This document shows, one piece after another, positions 1-7,517 of a DNA stretch of 35,115 bases. How positions within the stretch are numbered: position 1 is the first letter of the stretch; the number at the start of each line of letters is the position of its first letter. Both the position numbers and the translations under genes were made by a program. This DNA is from a virus (taxonomy: Duplodnaviria > Caudoviricetes), in IMG/VR virus record IMGVR_UViG_3300017650_000020, positions 1 to 35,115 of that record. One strand, given 5' to 3'. A model generated the notes under the pieces. The model saw only the letters and a program-made list of their open reading frames with translations, made no database searches and was not told the origin of the DNA.

Positions 1-184
1 CCTCGTTGAACACCACGATGCGGTGCCACTCGGTCTTTTCCTTGCGTTCACCGGTGGCCTTGTCCCGCCATGTCTCCGAGGTCGCGAGGCGGATGTTGGC
101 AATAGGACGGCCATCCTGCGTGCTACGTATCTCCGGATCGGCCCCCACGTTCCCAATCAAGATCACCTTGTTGACGCTGCTCAT
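1..184 (-). CDS. ssb: Single-stranded DNA-binding protein (runs off the window edge)
   Basis: Manual translation [61 protein letters not shown] is a canonical SSB N-terminus; ATGA overlap with the upstream stop. Confidence 0.96.
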   Translation of the reverse strand, partial: MSSVNKVILIGNVGADPEIRSTQDGRPIANIRLATSETWRDKATGERKEKTEWHRIVVFNE

Positions 185-807
185 GCCGCTGCCCTCGTGT
201 CGGTGTCATAATTCCGGATGCGCTCGACCAAGACAGCCAAATCATCGTTGAACCGGTTGATCTCGTCGGACAGCGTTCGGATGAATTCCTCGTCGCGATA
301 CACGCGCACCTGGAGGATCGGCAGCTTCGGCCAGTAGGATACGAAATCCCACCACTCACGCTCCGAAATCCAGAGGTTGCCCTGCACCTGGGCGCGATGT
401 TCCGGCGGCAAACGGCCACGCTCCAGACGATCAATCTGGATATCTGGCAGGGCGGTTTTGATCTCCAGCCCGCCATTCGTGCCAACCAGACTGTCTGGCG
501 ATGCGCCGCGATTGCCGTTTCGGATGAAGCCGACGCGCTGGATTTCGGCGTCGTTGATGAACGCGTAAGTTTCCCGCGCCTCATCTTCCATCGCATTGCC
601 GCGCTCGGTATGGATGTTGGAGAATTGTTCGGCAGGTTCTCCGGTCAAGATTTCTCCGGCCAGTTTGCGCAGGTATTTTCCACGGGTTTTGCCATCTCCT
701 TTTGCGAGGACCGTAGAGAAGTTGCTTGCCGTGGGTATCCCCAATCTGGCGCGCATCCACACTTCAGATCCTTGTTCCAAGTCTGTGAAAACAACCATCT
801 CACTCAT
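181..807 (-). CDS. YqaJ/lambda-exonuclease family recombination nuclease
   Basis: EQGSEVW..AR.G..TAS, ASPDSLV, LEIK and QVQG motifs; GGAGG upstream of ATG 807; next to ERF and ssb. Confidence 0.9.
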   Translation of the reverse strand: MSEMVVFTDLEQGSEVWMRARLGIPTASNFSTVLAKGDGKTRGKYLRKLAGEILTGEPAEQFSNIHTERGNAMEDEARETYAFINDAEIQRVGFIRNGNRGASPDSLVGTNGGLEIKTALPDIQIDRLERGRLPPEHRAQVQGNLWISEREWWDFVSYWPKLPILQVRVYRDEEFIRTLSDEINRFNDDLAVLVERIRNYDTDTRAAA

Positions 808-1355
808 TGGACATGCCTCCACGTCTTCATTTGCGCGATGGAAGAAATGTTTGCGGCGGTCACACCAAATTCGGCGGCGAGGTGCTTCCCGAGGCATCCT
901 TGAGATAGACGCCGCCTTATTTCGGAAACCTTCGCATCGGACAGCCGAGACATACCGTTCGCTGCGCCGCGCATGATGGTGCCGTGAAGCTCTTTGTCAG
1001 CTTCATTGGCTTGCGGCGTGTCCCACCGCAGATTCTCAAGCCGGTTGTCGCCAGAAATGCCATTTGAGTGGCACCCAAGATAACCGTCAGGGCAGGATCC
1101 AACGAACGCTTCAAGTACGAGCCGGTGCACCCATTTCCAATGATGCCTGCCTGACTTGCAAAGGCGAATGTTCTTGTGCCCGCTTTTCGATGTTTTCAGG
1201 GAAAGCGACTTCCCGCGCCTTGACCGGCCGTGAGACAAAATTCTGTCCACGCTACGAACGTTGCCTTTGCTCGAAACCTCGTAGTATCCCTCAAAGCCGA
1301 CAACCGGACGCCACGCCTCGCTTCCCTGCTCCAGATCAGTGAAAACCTGCATCAT
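804..1355 (-). CDS. NUMOD4-HNH homing endonuclease
   Basis: NUMOD4 motif (EAWRPVVGFEGYYEVSSKGNVRS), VHRLVLEAF, CHSNG..GDNRLENLRW HNH core and a C-terminal HTH. Confidence 0.92.
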   Translation of the reverse strand: MMQVFTDLEQGSEAWRPVVGFEGYYEVSSKGNVRSVDRILSHGRSRRGKSLSLKTSKSGHKNIRLCKSGRHHWKWVHRLVLEAFVGSCPDGYLGCHSNGISGDNRLENLRWDTPQANEADKELHGTIMRGAANGMSRLSDAKVSEIRRRLSQGCLGKHLAAEFGVTAANISSIAQMKTWRHVQ

Positions 1356-2092
1356 TTCCGACCCCGCTTTGCTTCGAGAGCTGTCGCGGCGCGCTTGAAC
1401 TGACTGGCGGAAATGTCCTCAAGGCGCGACACGCCCATGAACGCGAGGAAACGTTGGATATCTGCACCGGACTCAACGATCAGAGTGCGCAGGGTGCCGA
1501 CCTGATCTCCCGTGAGCTTGGCAACATTTGTGGCGCTGTTCCCGTCGTCATCATCTTCGCCTATGGCGACGTTGAAGATCATCTTGAGAAGATACCGGGA
1601 GCCGTAGGACACAGCAGCGCCCGTGGCATGTGTCTTGGTCATCACGTCGCCGCCCTTGGCACCCTTCCCGTCAGCAGGCATATCGACGTGATATGTCCGA
1701 CTGTGGCCGGCACGGTGCGACACCACGCAAACCACCCTGACATAGCTTTCAGCCGCGCCTTCGGACGTGTTGAAGCTCAGGGCGAACCCGTGTTTCGTGT
1801 AGATTTCCCGGAGGGCCTTATCTAAGGCGAAATAGGATGCGTATCGGCTCCGGGTCTGAGGATTGTTGCTGTCAGCAGCGACAGGGCGCATCTCAGCCTG
1901 CGCAACGGCCATAGCATTGTTGAATTCTTGCTCCGCCCCGCGGGACAGGACGCGCTCCTGCATCGCCAGCAGGCGCTCCATCTTGTCGATGTCAACATTC
2001 GGATCGCGGGCCGCCCGCTCGATCATGGAGACGATGGCGGTGGTTTCGCTAACCGCAACAGCGGCATCCTCTTTCCTGACAACTGGGTTCAC
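1352..2092 (-). CDS. ERF-family single-strand annealing protein
   Basis: DIDKMERLL, SRYAS, GAAVSYGSRYLLKMIFNVA.GEDDDDGN motifs; GGAGG upstream of the GTG start. Confidence 0.9.
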   Translation of the reverse strand: MNPVVRKEDAAVAVSETTAIVSMIERAARDPNVDIDKMERLLAMQERVLSRGAEQEFNNAMAVAQAEMRPVAADSNNPQTRSRYASYFALDKALREIYTKHGFALSFNTSEGAAESYVRVVCVVSHRAGHSRTYHVDMPADGKGAKGGDVMTKTHATGAAVSYGSRYLLKMIFNVAIGEDDDDGNSATNVAKLTGDQVGTLRTLIVESGADIQRFLAFMGVSRLEDISASQFKRAATALEAKRGRK

Positions 2093-2268
2093 GACGCCAT
2101 CCTCCGATTGTATGCCCGGTGCTTACGGGGCTTGCCGCATTCGGCGGCGAGTTGATCTGTGATCAGGTGGACAAGGCGGCGCTGGACTGGCGAGCGGCGC
2201 TCATGGTGAACGGCCTTGTCCATCAATTCGCGCTTGAGGTCCCGGATGCGTTGGAGACGATGCGACAT
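2089..2268 (-). CDS. Small hypothetical phage protein (59 aa, MSHRLQRIRDLKRELMDK...)
   Basis: Manually translated ORF, coupled to both neighbours (TGATG and GTGA overlaps). Confidence 0.6.
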   Translation of the reverse strand: MSHRLQRIRDLKRELMDKAVHHERRSPVQRRLVHLITDQLAAECGKPRKHRAYNRRMAS

Positions 2269-2522
2269 CAGTACCCCCGTGCCTTGCGAATGGCGCTCCG
2301 AGCCTGCATTGACGCGAACATGCCGGATACCGTGTAATTCTCGTCATAGTGCTGGATCATCGCCTCTAGAGCTTCCAGCAACTCTGGTGCAGCGGCGATC
2401 AAGCGTGCATCAGCGTCCTCAATAGAGGTGGCAACCAGCACGCCAGGATCAGCCGTGATCAGGAACTCCTTGTCGCTACCCTGAGCGCCGTTATGAATCC
2501 ATGGACCTGCTGTGCGAGCCAT
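2268..2522 (-). CDS. Conserved phage early hypothetical protein
   Basis: T.GPW ... DARLIAAAPELLEAL pattern, common in lambdoid early-left genes. Confidence 0.75.
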   Translation of the reverse strand: MARTAGPWIHNGAQGSDKEFLITADPGVLVATSIEDADARLIAAAPELLEALEAMIQHYDENYTVSGMFASMQARSAIRKARGY

Positions 2523-2523
2523 C

Positions 2524-2655
2524 TCACCGCTCCATCATCCGATTGAGCCGATCAGAGACAGCGCCCTGCCAGCCGAGGTGGTAGCCGACCAGAAGGCAGA
2601 TGCCGCCGACGATCAGCATGGAAAGCAGGGAAACGCCGGTCATTGCGTCAATCAT
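2524..2655 (-). CDS. Small single-TM membrane protein
   Basis: GGAG RBS; hydrophobic segment VSLLSMLIVGGICLLVGY. Confidence 0.55.
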   Translation of the reverse strand: MIDAMTGVSLLSMLIVGGICLLVGYHLGWQGAVSDRLNRMMER

Positions 2656-2881
2656 CACGCGCTCCACTCGTTGAACGTTGATCAACTTCGCAAGCGTCGG
2701 CCGCAGCATTAATGAGGTCTGCGAGTTCCTGCGCGTCCTCGCGCGAGTACGTCACAGCATCATTCGACCGGAGCTTGATCGTGACGCGCTTCGCGCCAGC
2801 CCCATCCGTGATGGGGCCAACAGAGAATCTTTCGCGTTTGAAAGATTTCTCGATATCTTGAAGGAATGTGTTGTACGACAT
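2648..2881 (-). CDS. Hypothetical protein flanked by 18-bp direct repeats
   Basis: TGATG-coupled start at 2881 with GGAG RBS. Confidence 0.65.
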   Translation of the reverse strand: MSYNTFLQDIEKSFKRERFSVGPITDGAGAKRVTIKLRSNDAVTYSREDAQELADLINAAADACEVDQRSTSGARDD

Positions 2882-2896
2882 CACGCGCTCCACTCG
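2653..2896. repeat. 18-bp direct repeat CATCACGCGCTCCACTCG (2653-2670 and 2879-2896)
   Basis: Exact match read from the sequence. Confidence 0.9.
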
Positions 2897-3321
2897 CTAC
2901 GAGCAGCGCGCGACAGTTCGGCGGCGTAGTCGCGCCGATAGTCGTATCGATCCTGTTCCTCGGCCTCGGCGGCATCGGTGATCGTAAAAGCCGCATCGCC
3001 TTCCAATGCACCAAACACCGGCCGGTCAAAGCAGCGCATGTCCAAATCAGACCAGTGGTCGCGTGCTTCCTCGCCAATCGCGAGGATCAGCGGATCAACG
3101 GCGTCAGCGATGTCGAGGATGGACTTGGACAGAGCCTCGGCGTGGTGGACACGGGCCGGGAGTCCGACCTCCTGCAATTCCAGAACGGCAAGGCGAAGAA
3201 TGGCATCCGCCCTCGCCTGCTCCATGCCGGCAGGGGCTTTGGCTTTCAGGTGCCGTGCGCGGACGGCCAACTGGATGAGTTCGGCGGAGAAGTCGTCTTG
3301 GCTGGTCTGCTGGTGGGCCAT
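2881..3321 (-). CDS. Hypothetical protein, first gene of the pL operon
   Basis: GGAGG RBS before ATG 3321; just downstream of the pL/OL region. Confidence 0.7.
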   Translation of the reverse strand: MAHQQTSQDDFSAELIQLAVRARHLKAKAPAGMEQARADAILRLAVLELQEVGLPARVHHAEALSKSILDIADAVDPLILAIGEEARDHWSDLDMRCFDRPVFGALEGDAAFTITDAAEAEEQDRYDYRRDYAAELSRAARSEWSA

Positions 3322-3355
3322 CCCGTCCTCCATCGCTCTGTGAGCTGATGGAAAG

Positions 3356-3408
3356 ACTTTAGCTGGACTAAAGACAGCGCGCAAGTGAAAAGTTTAGTGA
3401 AGCTAATA
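3356..3408 (-). promoter_or_regulatory. pL promoter with OL operators
   Basis: Minus-strand TTGCGC-17-TAAAGT; palindromes CTTTAG-N5-CTAAAG (3357-3373) and GTTTAG-N5-CTAATA (3392-3408). Confidence 0.75.
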
Positions 3409-3467
3409 TTTTTTGGTGAGACTCGCGCGACGCACCGGAGTACCATTCTTCCATAAAAAGGGAGGAA

Positions 3468-3764
3468 GTGATGAAACTGCTGATTTCGGCGGCCATCCTG
3501 GTCGCGTCCGTCGCCTCTGCCAACGCGCAGTTCAATAATCGTTCCGGAGGATATGGATCGTCTTACGGATCACCGTACCGGAGCTATGGCACCGGATCGA
3601 ACCCCTCCAGCACCTATGTCCAGCCCCGGATCAACTCGAACGGCAATTATGTCGGCGGCCACCATCGGACTACGCCGAACAACACCCAATACGACAACTA
3701 TGGAAGCCGGGGGAATTATAACCCCTATTCAGGTCGGACCGGCTCTCGCAGCCCGCGTTGGTGA
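3468..3764 (+). CDS. Secreted Gly/Ser/Tyr/Asn-rich protein (moron)
   Basis: Sec signal peptide (…ASANA|Q), GGAGG RBS, own terminator; RTTPNNTQYDNY..RGNYNPY pattern. Confidence 0.8.
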   Translation: MMKLLISAAILVASVASANAQFNNRSGGYGSSYGSPYRSYGTGSNPSSTYVQPRINSNGNYVGGHHRTTPNNTQYDNYGSRGNYNPYSGRTGSRSPRW

Positions 3765-3788
3765 GCTTCGAGGCTGATCCCTACCAAT

Positions 3789-3816
3789 AAAGCCCCAAAA
3801 CTGGGGCTTTATTTTT
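3789..3816. terminator. Bidirectional intrinsic terminator
   Basis: AAAGCCCCA-AAAC-TGGGGCTTT hairpin between convergent genes. Confidence 0.75.
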
Positions 3817-4078
3817 AACGGACGCGCTCCAAGAAACTGTCACCCTGCATTTTCCGGCAGGCCCAAGAGAAAGCGCGGCGAGGGCTGTCGCTATTTTTCG
3901 AGTGGTACATACTGAGGGCATGCTGGCGGCAATCTTCGAGAGACTGATCCGGCCCGACATACCAGTCTTGCCTAGAACCGTAGTGATAGCCAACCTCCGC
4001 GCGATAGGTATAGCCCTGCCAGATGGGAATCCAACCGAACCACCAAGCCGCGACTACCAGAGCTATAAGCCAAGGCAT
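3815..4078 (-). CDS. Small membrane-anchored/exported protein (moron)
   Basis: GGAGGGG RBS; N-terminal hydrophobic MPWLIALVVAAWWFGWIPIW; two Cys in the soluble part. Confidence 0.7.
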   Translation of the reverse strand: MPWLIALVVAAWWFGWIPIWQGYTYRAEVGYHYGSRQDWYVGPDQSLEDCRQHALSMYHSKNSDSPRRAFSWACRKMQGDSFLERVR

Positions 4079-4218
4079 CGCCACCCCTCCCCCATTTCCG
4101 CCATCATTGCGCAAACGGAACCGGGCCACAACGGGGAAGCTGCCACATTACTGCCCAATTGGATTTGGATTTTTTAGGTGCGCGGTCTGCCACGGCCGCG
4201 TATCGTTCATGACCCCTT

Positions 4219-4252
4219 CCCCCGCGTCCGCCCGACTGCGGGGGCTTTTTTT
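4219..4252 (+). terminator. Intrinsic terminator
   Basis: CCCCGC…GCGGGG stem followed by a T7 tract. Confidence 0.6.
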
Positions 4253-4294
4253 GTCTAGGGGTGATCTGGAGGCCCGGAGGGCCGGAGACCAAAC

Positions 4295-4319
4295 AAAAAC
4301 CCCGCCGGTTAGGGCGGGG
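4295..4319 (-). terminator. Terminator of the GNAT operon
   Basis: CCCCGCC/GGCGGGG stem with an A-tract on its left. Confidence 0.7.
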
Positions 4320-4341
4320 ATAGATACGAAGGAGCGTGAAC

Positions 4342-4884
4342 TCACGCTGTTATTGGCTTTGGAGGTACTTTGGAAAGATCATAGAAAAGTATGGGTGACT
4401 CGCTTTTTAGGTTTGCTTCGCTGCCAAGCAACACAAAACCACACGTCTCTTTATAGAATTTCACGGCCTGCTGTTTTGAATCCACGACAACGAAGCGGCA
4501 TCCAACCCATTTTGAGACATAAGTTCTCGCCACCCCGAGCGAGAAATCAACAAGATGCCTCCCCAAACCTATTCTTTGAAACCGCTTATCGACGGCAAGT
4601 CTTGCTATTTTTATAGCAGGACAATGACTATGCGTGAAATCGGTAACGCCAAGCTCTTCTGATGATTCTGCTTCGATTTGTCCGCATACCAACGTAATAT
4701 AAGCTACCAATTTTTTAGTATCGGTTTGAAATGCGCCATAGGTCTTAGCGAGATTTTGCTTCTGGTAGCTTTGCGCATGTTTGCTGAGGAAAGTTTTGAG
4801 CGGCACAAAATCGGGATGACCAAGAGAAAGCCCGGAGAATTTGTCTCCGGGCTGGATCTGCCTAATGTGTATGTCCTCAGCCAC
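4342..4884 (-). CDS. GNAT acetyltransferase of the TacT/AtaT toxin-like type
   Basis: LKTFL..HA, PAIKIARLAVDKRFQRIGLGRHL (acetyl-CoA motif A), GCRFVVVDSK..AVKFY…GF. Confidence 0.85.
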   Translation of the reverse strand: MAEDIHIRQIQPGDKFSGLSLGHPDFVPLKTFLSKHAQSYQKQNLAKTYGAFQTDTKKLVAYITLVCGQIEAESSEELGVTDFTHSHCPAIKIARLAVDKRFQRIGLGRHLVDFSLGVARTYVSKWVGCRFVVVDSKQQAVKFYKETCGFVLLGSEANLKSESPILFYDLSKVPPKPITA

Positions 4885-5062
4885 GCCTTAGCGTGAGCTT
4901 GACAGAGCCGTTGTTCTCCTCGAACTCGCGCAGCAACTTCAAGCCGCGCTCCATGCTCTGAACGGCAGCCTTTTTGGGGCGACCAAATTTGACTTGAGAG
5001 CGGAATTTTTCCGCATCAACGCCTGTAAGGACCACTCGCCCGAAAGAGTCCGATTTAATCAT
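4877..5062 (-). CDS. Small protein upstream of the GNAT gene, putative antitoxin
   Basis: AAGGAGG RBS; 8-nt overlap with the GNAT start; classic TA arrangement. Confidence 0.7.
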   Translation of the reverse strand: MIKSDSFGRVVLTGVDAEKFRSQVKFGRPKKAAVQSMERGLKLLREFEENNGSVKLTLRRG

Positions 5063-5112
5063 TTAAGGCACCTCCTTCTAGCTAGAGTCAGATCTCAGTT
5101 ATGTAGAAAACC

Positions 5113-5126
5113 TGACGGGGCCGTCA
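5113..5126. promoter_or_regulatory. Palindrome TGACGG-GG-CCGTCA overlapping the likely -35 (TTGACG) of the GNAT operon
   Basis: Inverted repeat about 50 bp upstream of the 5062 start. Confidence 0.5.
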
Positions 5127-5442
5127 ACTTTCTTGACATTTTGTTCTACAGCTGGTACTGCAGCTTGCATTCGCAGCTGCAGCGGAAATGCCCATAATCT
5201 AGAAGAATTTTTTTTCTGTACCGAGCCTAACGGAAAAATTTATTTTCTCGTCGCGGAGAAGCGGCGCTTTCTAGGTCCCTTTCCCATCCCATATTGAGAA
5301 AATTATTGTAATTTTTGTTTTCGGTGTTTTCCGCTCAAGCTGGGGTTAACGTTCAGCTAATTGAACGGCCGTTATCGGCAGCAAAATTGCGTTTTAGGCC
5401 CCTACCTCCCCAGAACATACCGGGAGGCGCGCTAGGCAAATT

Positions 5443-5457
5443 GTTCTTGCTTTGTTC
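5443..5457 (+). promoter_or_regulatory. Alphaproteobacterial LexA (SOS) box
   Basis: GTTC-TTGCTTT-GTTC is an exact GTTC-N7-GTTC, in AT-rich intergenic DNA upstream of ORF 5508/5523. Confidence 0.75.
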
Positions 5458-5507
5458 CGGACCGCTGACCAGACTGCCCCTATAAAATCAAGAATTGCAG
5501 GGGCGAA

Positions 5508-5747
5508 ATGCAAAACGGGGGGATGACCAGGCGGCGCCTGGTTTCTGGAGTTATTGGGCTTGGGGCCTATTCTGGCTCGACCAGCCGGGCTGGGGCGGAG
5601 CGGATTGCAACGCCGGAGCAGCACGCGGGGGCGCTGGCGGAGGCTATGGCCGCCATCCACGGCGGTCGCTGGCAGGCGATTGTGGATCATCAGGCGGGAT
5701 TCGTGATCGTCCGGCCGGTCAGTCGTCGTCGCCCAGAATCGCCTTGA
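5508..5747 (+). CDS. Small hypothetical protein, probably LexA-regulated (start 5508 or 5523)
   Basis: G-rich RBS; MTRRRLV twin-Arg-like N-terminus; overlaps the cI 3' end. Confidence 0.55.
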   Translation: MQNGGMTRRRLVSGVIGLGAYSGSTSRAGAERIATPEQHAGALAEAMAAIHGGRWQAIVDHQAGFVIVRPVSRRRPESP

Positions 5748-6039
5748 TCATGCGATATGCGCGCTCCCGGTCCTTCCCTTCCAGCTTCTCCAGTTCCTGG
5801 AACAGGGGCCAGAAGCTGTCCTCGGCGGGAGGCCCCATAAGCACCTCGGCAGGCGTGCATCCAAGGGCATCCGCAATTCCCTCCAATGAGTTCTGGGAAT
5901 ACCGCATCACCTCCCCTTCAAGCTGGGAAATTGAGCCCACGGTCAGGCCCGCCCTTTCAGCTAACGCCTCCTGACTAAGGCCAGAGGCAGTTCGCCACGC
6001 GCGCAACTTCGGAAGCCCCTTGATGTAATCCTGCGGCAT
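5719..6039 (-). CDS. CI-like repressor, XRE HTH, no S24 peptidase domain
   Basis: LRAWRTASGLSQEALAERAGLTVGSISQLE HTH; divergent from cro. Confidence 0.88.
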   Translation of the reverse strand: MPQDYIKGLPKLRAWRTASGLSQEALAERAGLTVGSISQLEGEVMRYSQNSLEGIADALGCTPAEVLMGPPAEDSFWPLFQELEKLEGKDRERAYRMIKAILGDDD

Positions 6040-6092
6040 TTTCAGACCCTTAGGTGGGAATGAAGATGCATCACGACGAAGACAATCGAACC

Positions 6093-6145
6093 ATACAGTA
6101 ACACTAAAATTCGGGACTTGACCGAGCCTTTAGCCATGCTAAAGT
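6093..6145 (+). promoter_or_regulatory. pR promoter with OR operators
   Basis: TTGACC-16-TAAAGT; CTTTAG-N5-CTAAAG (6128-6144) and degenerate ATACAG-N5-CTAAAA (6093-6109). Confidence 0.75.
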
Positions 6146-6151
6146 ATGTAT

Positions 6152-6349
6152 ATGGATCATCTGCAAACATATCTGGCTCAGGAGCGAGGTCGGCTCGGGA
6201 AGCTATCAACGCATCTCGGCATCACACAGAGCGCTATCTCACAGTGGAGTCGGGTACCTGGTGGCCGGGTACTTGAAGTTGAGCGCTTCACGGGCATTCC
6301 CCGGCACGAGCTTCGTCCAGACCTCTATCCGGCGGAGTCCAGCACATGA
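6152..6349 (+). CDS. Cro-like (YdaS family) regulator (start 6146 or 6152)
   Basis: LGITQSAISQW.RVP..RVLEVE..TGIPRHELRPDLY pattern. Confidence 0.92.
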   Translation: MDHLQTYLAQERGRLGKLSTHLGITQSAISQWSRVPGGRVLEVERFTGIPRHELRPDLYPAESST

Positions 6350-6748
6350 CTCCTTCCCGCCAGTCCCCCCGTTTCATCATCCTGAAAGTGGCACCGGGCC
6401 AATGCCCTCTCCATGAAGTCGTGGAGACTGACGGTGCCGGCCCTCCGGCTGCTGTCCCGGTCTGCACCAATCCAGCTGACTGTCAGCGCCGTGAATGCGG
6501 AAAGGGAGGCGATCAATGATCAGCCTCCCCTGTCAGCAACAATCAATCATCGACATCATCGTGCTTGCGCCCGGCGGCTGCTCCACTGCCGGTTTACGAC
6601 CCGTCTCCATGGTGCGCGGGGCAAGACAGACCATGGACCATTCCTCCCACTCGCCCGTTCCTCCCTCCCATGCTCCGGGCGAGCACCTTGGGGCCGTGAC
6701 CAACGCTACGGCCACGGCCCCTCTTTCTCACGACAAGGGGGCGTTGCC

Positions 6749-6922
6749 GTGAAGTGGAATCACCAAGCTCTGTGGAACGCCGCATTCACCGCCGCGCACA
6801 CTGCGGCAGCCATCACGATTGCGAGCAGTACGTTTACGGTCGGCATTTTCTCCGCCGCTGCTGGATTCCATGCAGCCATGTGTCTCGTCACCGCCCACGA
6901 GTGGCGGATTAACCGCGCCTAA
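6749..6922 (+). CDS. Small hydrophobic hypothetical protein
   Basis: GTG start after AAGGGGG; two Ala-rich hydrophobic stretches. Confidence 0.4.
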   Translation: MKWNHQALWNAAFTAAHTAAAITIASSTFTVGIFSAAAGFHAAMCLVTAHEWRINRA

Positions 6923-7067
6923 CCGGGCCAACGGCATCGGCGCATTGTTGTTCAACGTCCGCAAGGCGGCCAAGCCAAGCGGGATCCAGTACCAGGGTTC
7001 AATCTCAACAGAGGTGTTTAGTTCAACCGTCGTCATGAACAGGACAATGAACGACGGGTTTTCCAAA

Positions 7068-7448
7068 ATGCCGGAAAAGTTTTCCAGAGGCGTAAAAATG
7101 CGTGAGTTGGTGATGGCAGTAGCGGGGAAACGTATCCCCGGTGACACGAACGAAAGCTGGCTCAGGAAGGCGAGCCGGCTTGCGGGAACGTCATATCGGC
7201 AGGCAAAGGCCCTGTACTACGGCGAGATCACCGACCCGGACCACAAGACAGTCACCAAATTCAAGAGAGCGGCCGGTCGATATGAAGCAGAAAACCTCGC
7301 AAGCCAGTTCGAAGGCATCGCAGACGCGATGGGGCACAGGGATGCGCTTGAGTATAGCGCGGACGTTACTGCGCTTCTCGTCGCGGCTCGCGCGCTTCGC
7401 GGTCTGGCTGGCACCGGAAATAGCGATCCGTCAGTAGACGGCGACTGA
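7068..7448 (+). CDS. CII-position putative DNA-binding protein
   Basis: WLRKASRLAGTSYRQAKALYYGE HTH-like segment; lies after cro; start uncertain. Confidence 0.6.
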   Translation: MPEKFSRGVKMRELVMAVAGKRIPGDTNESWLRKASRLAGTSYRQAKALYYGEITDPDHKTVTKFKRAAGRYEAENLASQFEGIADAMGHRDALEYSADVTALLVAARALRGLAGTGNSDPSVDGD

Positions 7449-7517
7449 TGCGACGTGGGCCATTCGCCGCCCGGTCCACGGCAGAAATCGCAGAACACGG
7501 GCGGCAGCAGGTGACGA

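Noticed and set aside
808-897. Longer 238-aa start for the exonuclease given in the ORF track
   Set aside because: It overlaps the HNH gene; ATG 807 has its own GGAGG RBS and matches the family N-terminus
804-1355. Group I intron or intein explanation for the HNH insertion
   Set aside because: No noncoding space for a ribozyme core and no intein termini; the downstream gene has its own RBS and a complete N-terminus
5346-5360. Possible CtrA box TTAA-N7-CTAA
   Set aside because: One mismatch in AT-rich DNA; could easily be chance
6346-6752. Two short Cys/Pro-rich ORFs after cro
   Set aside because: The coupling is plausible but there are no recognisable motifs; cannot distinguish them from noncoding DNA
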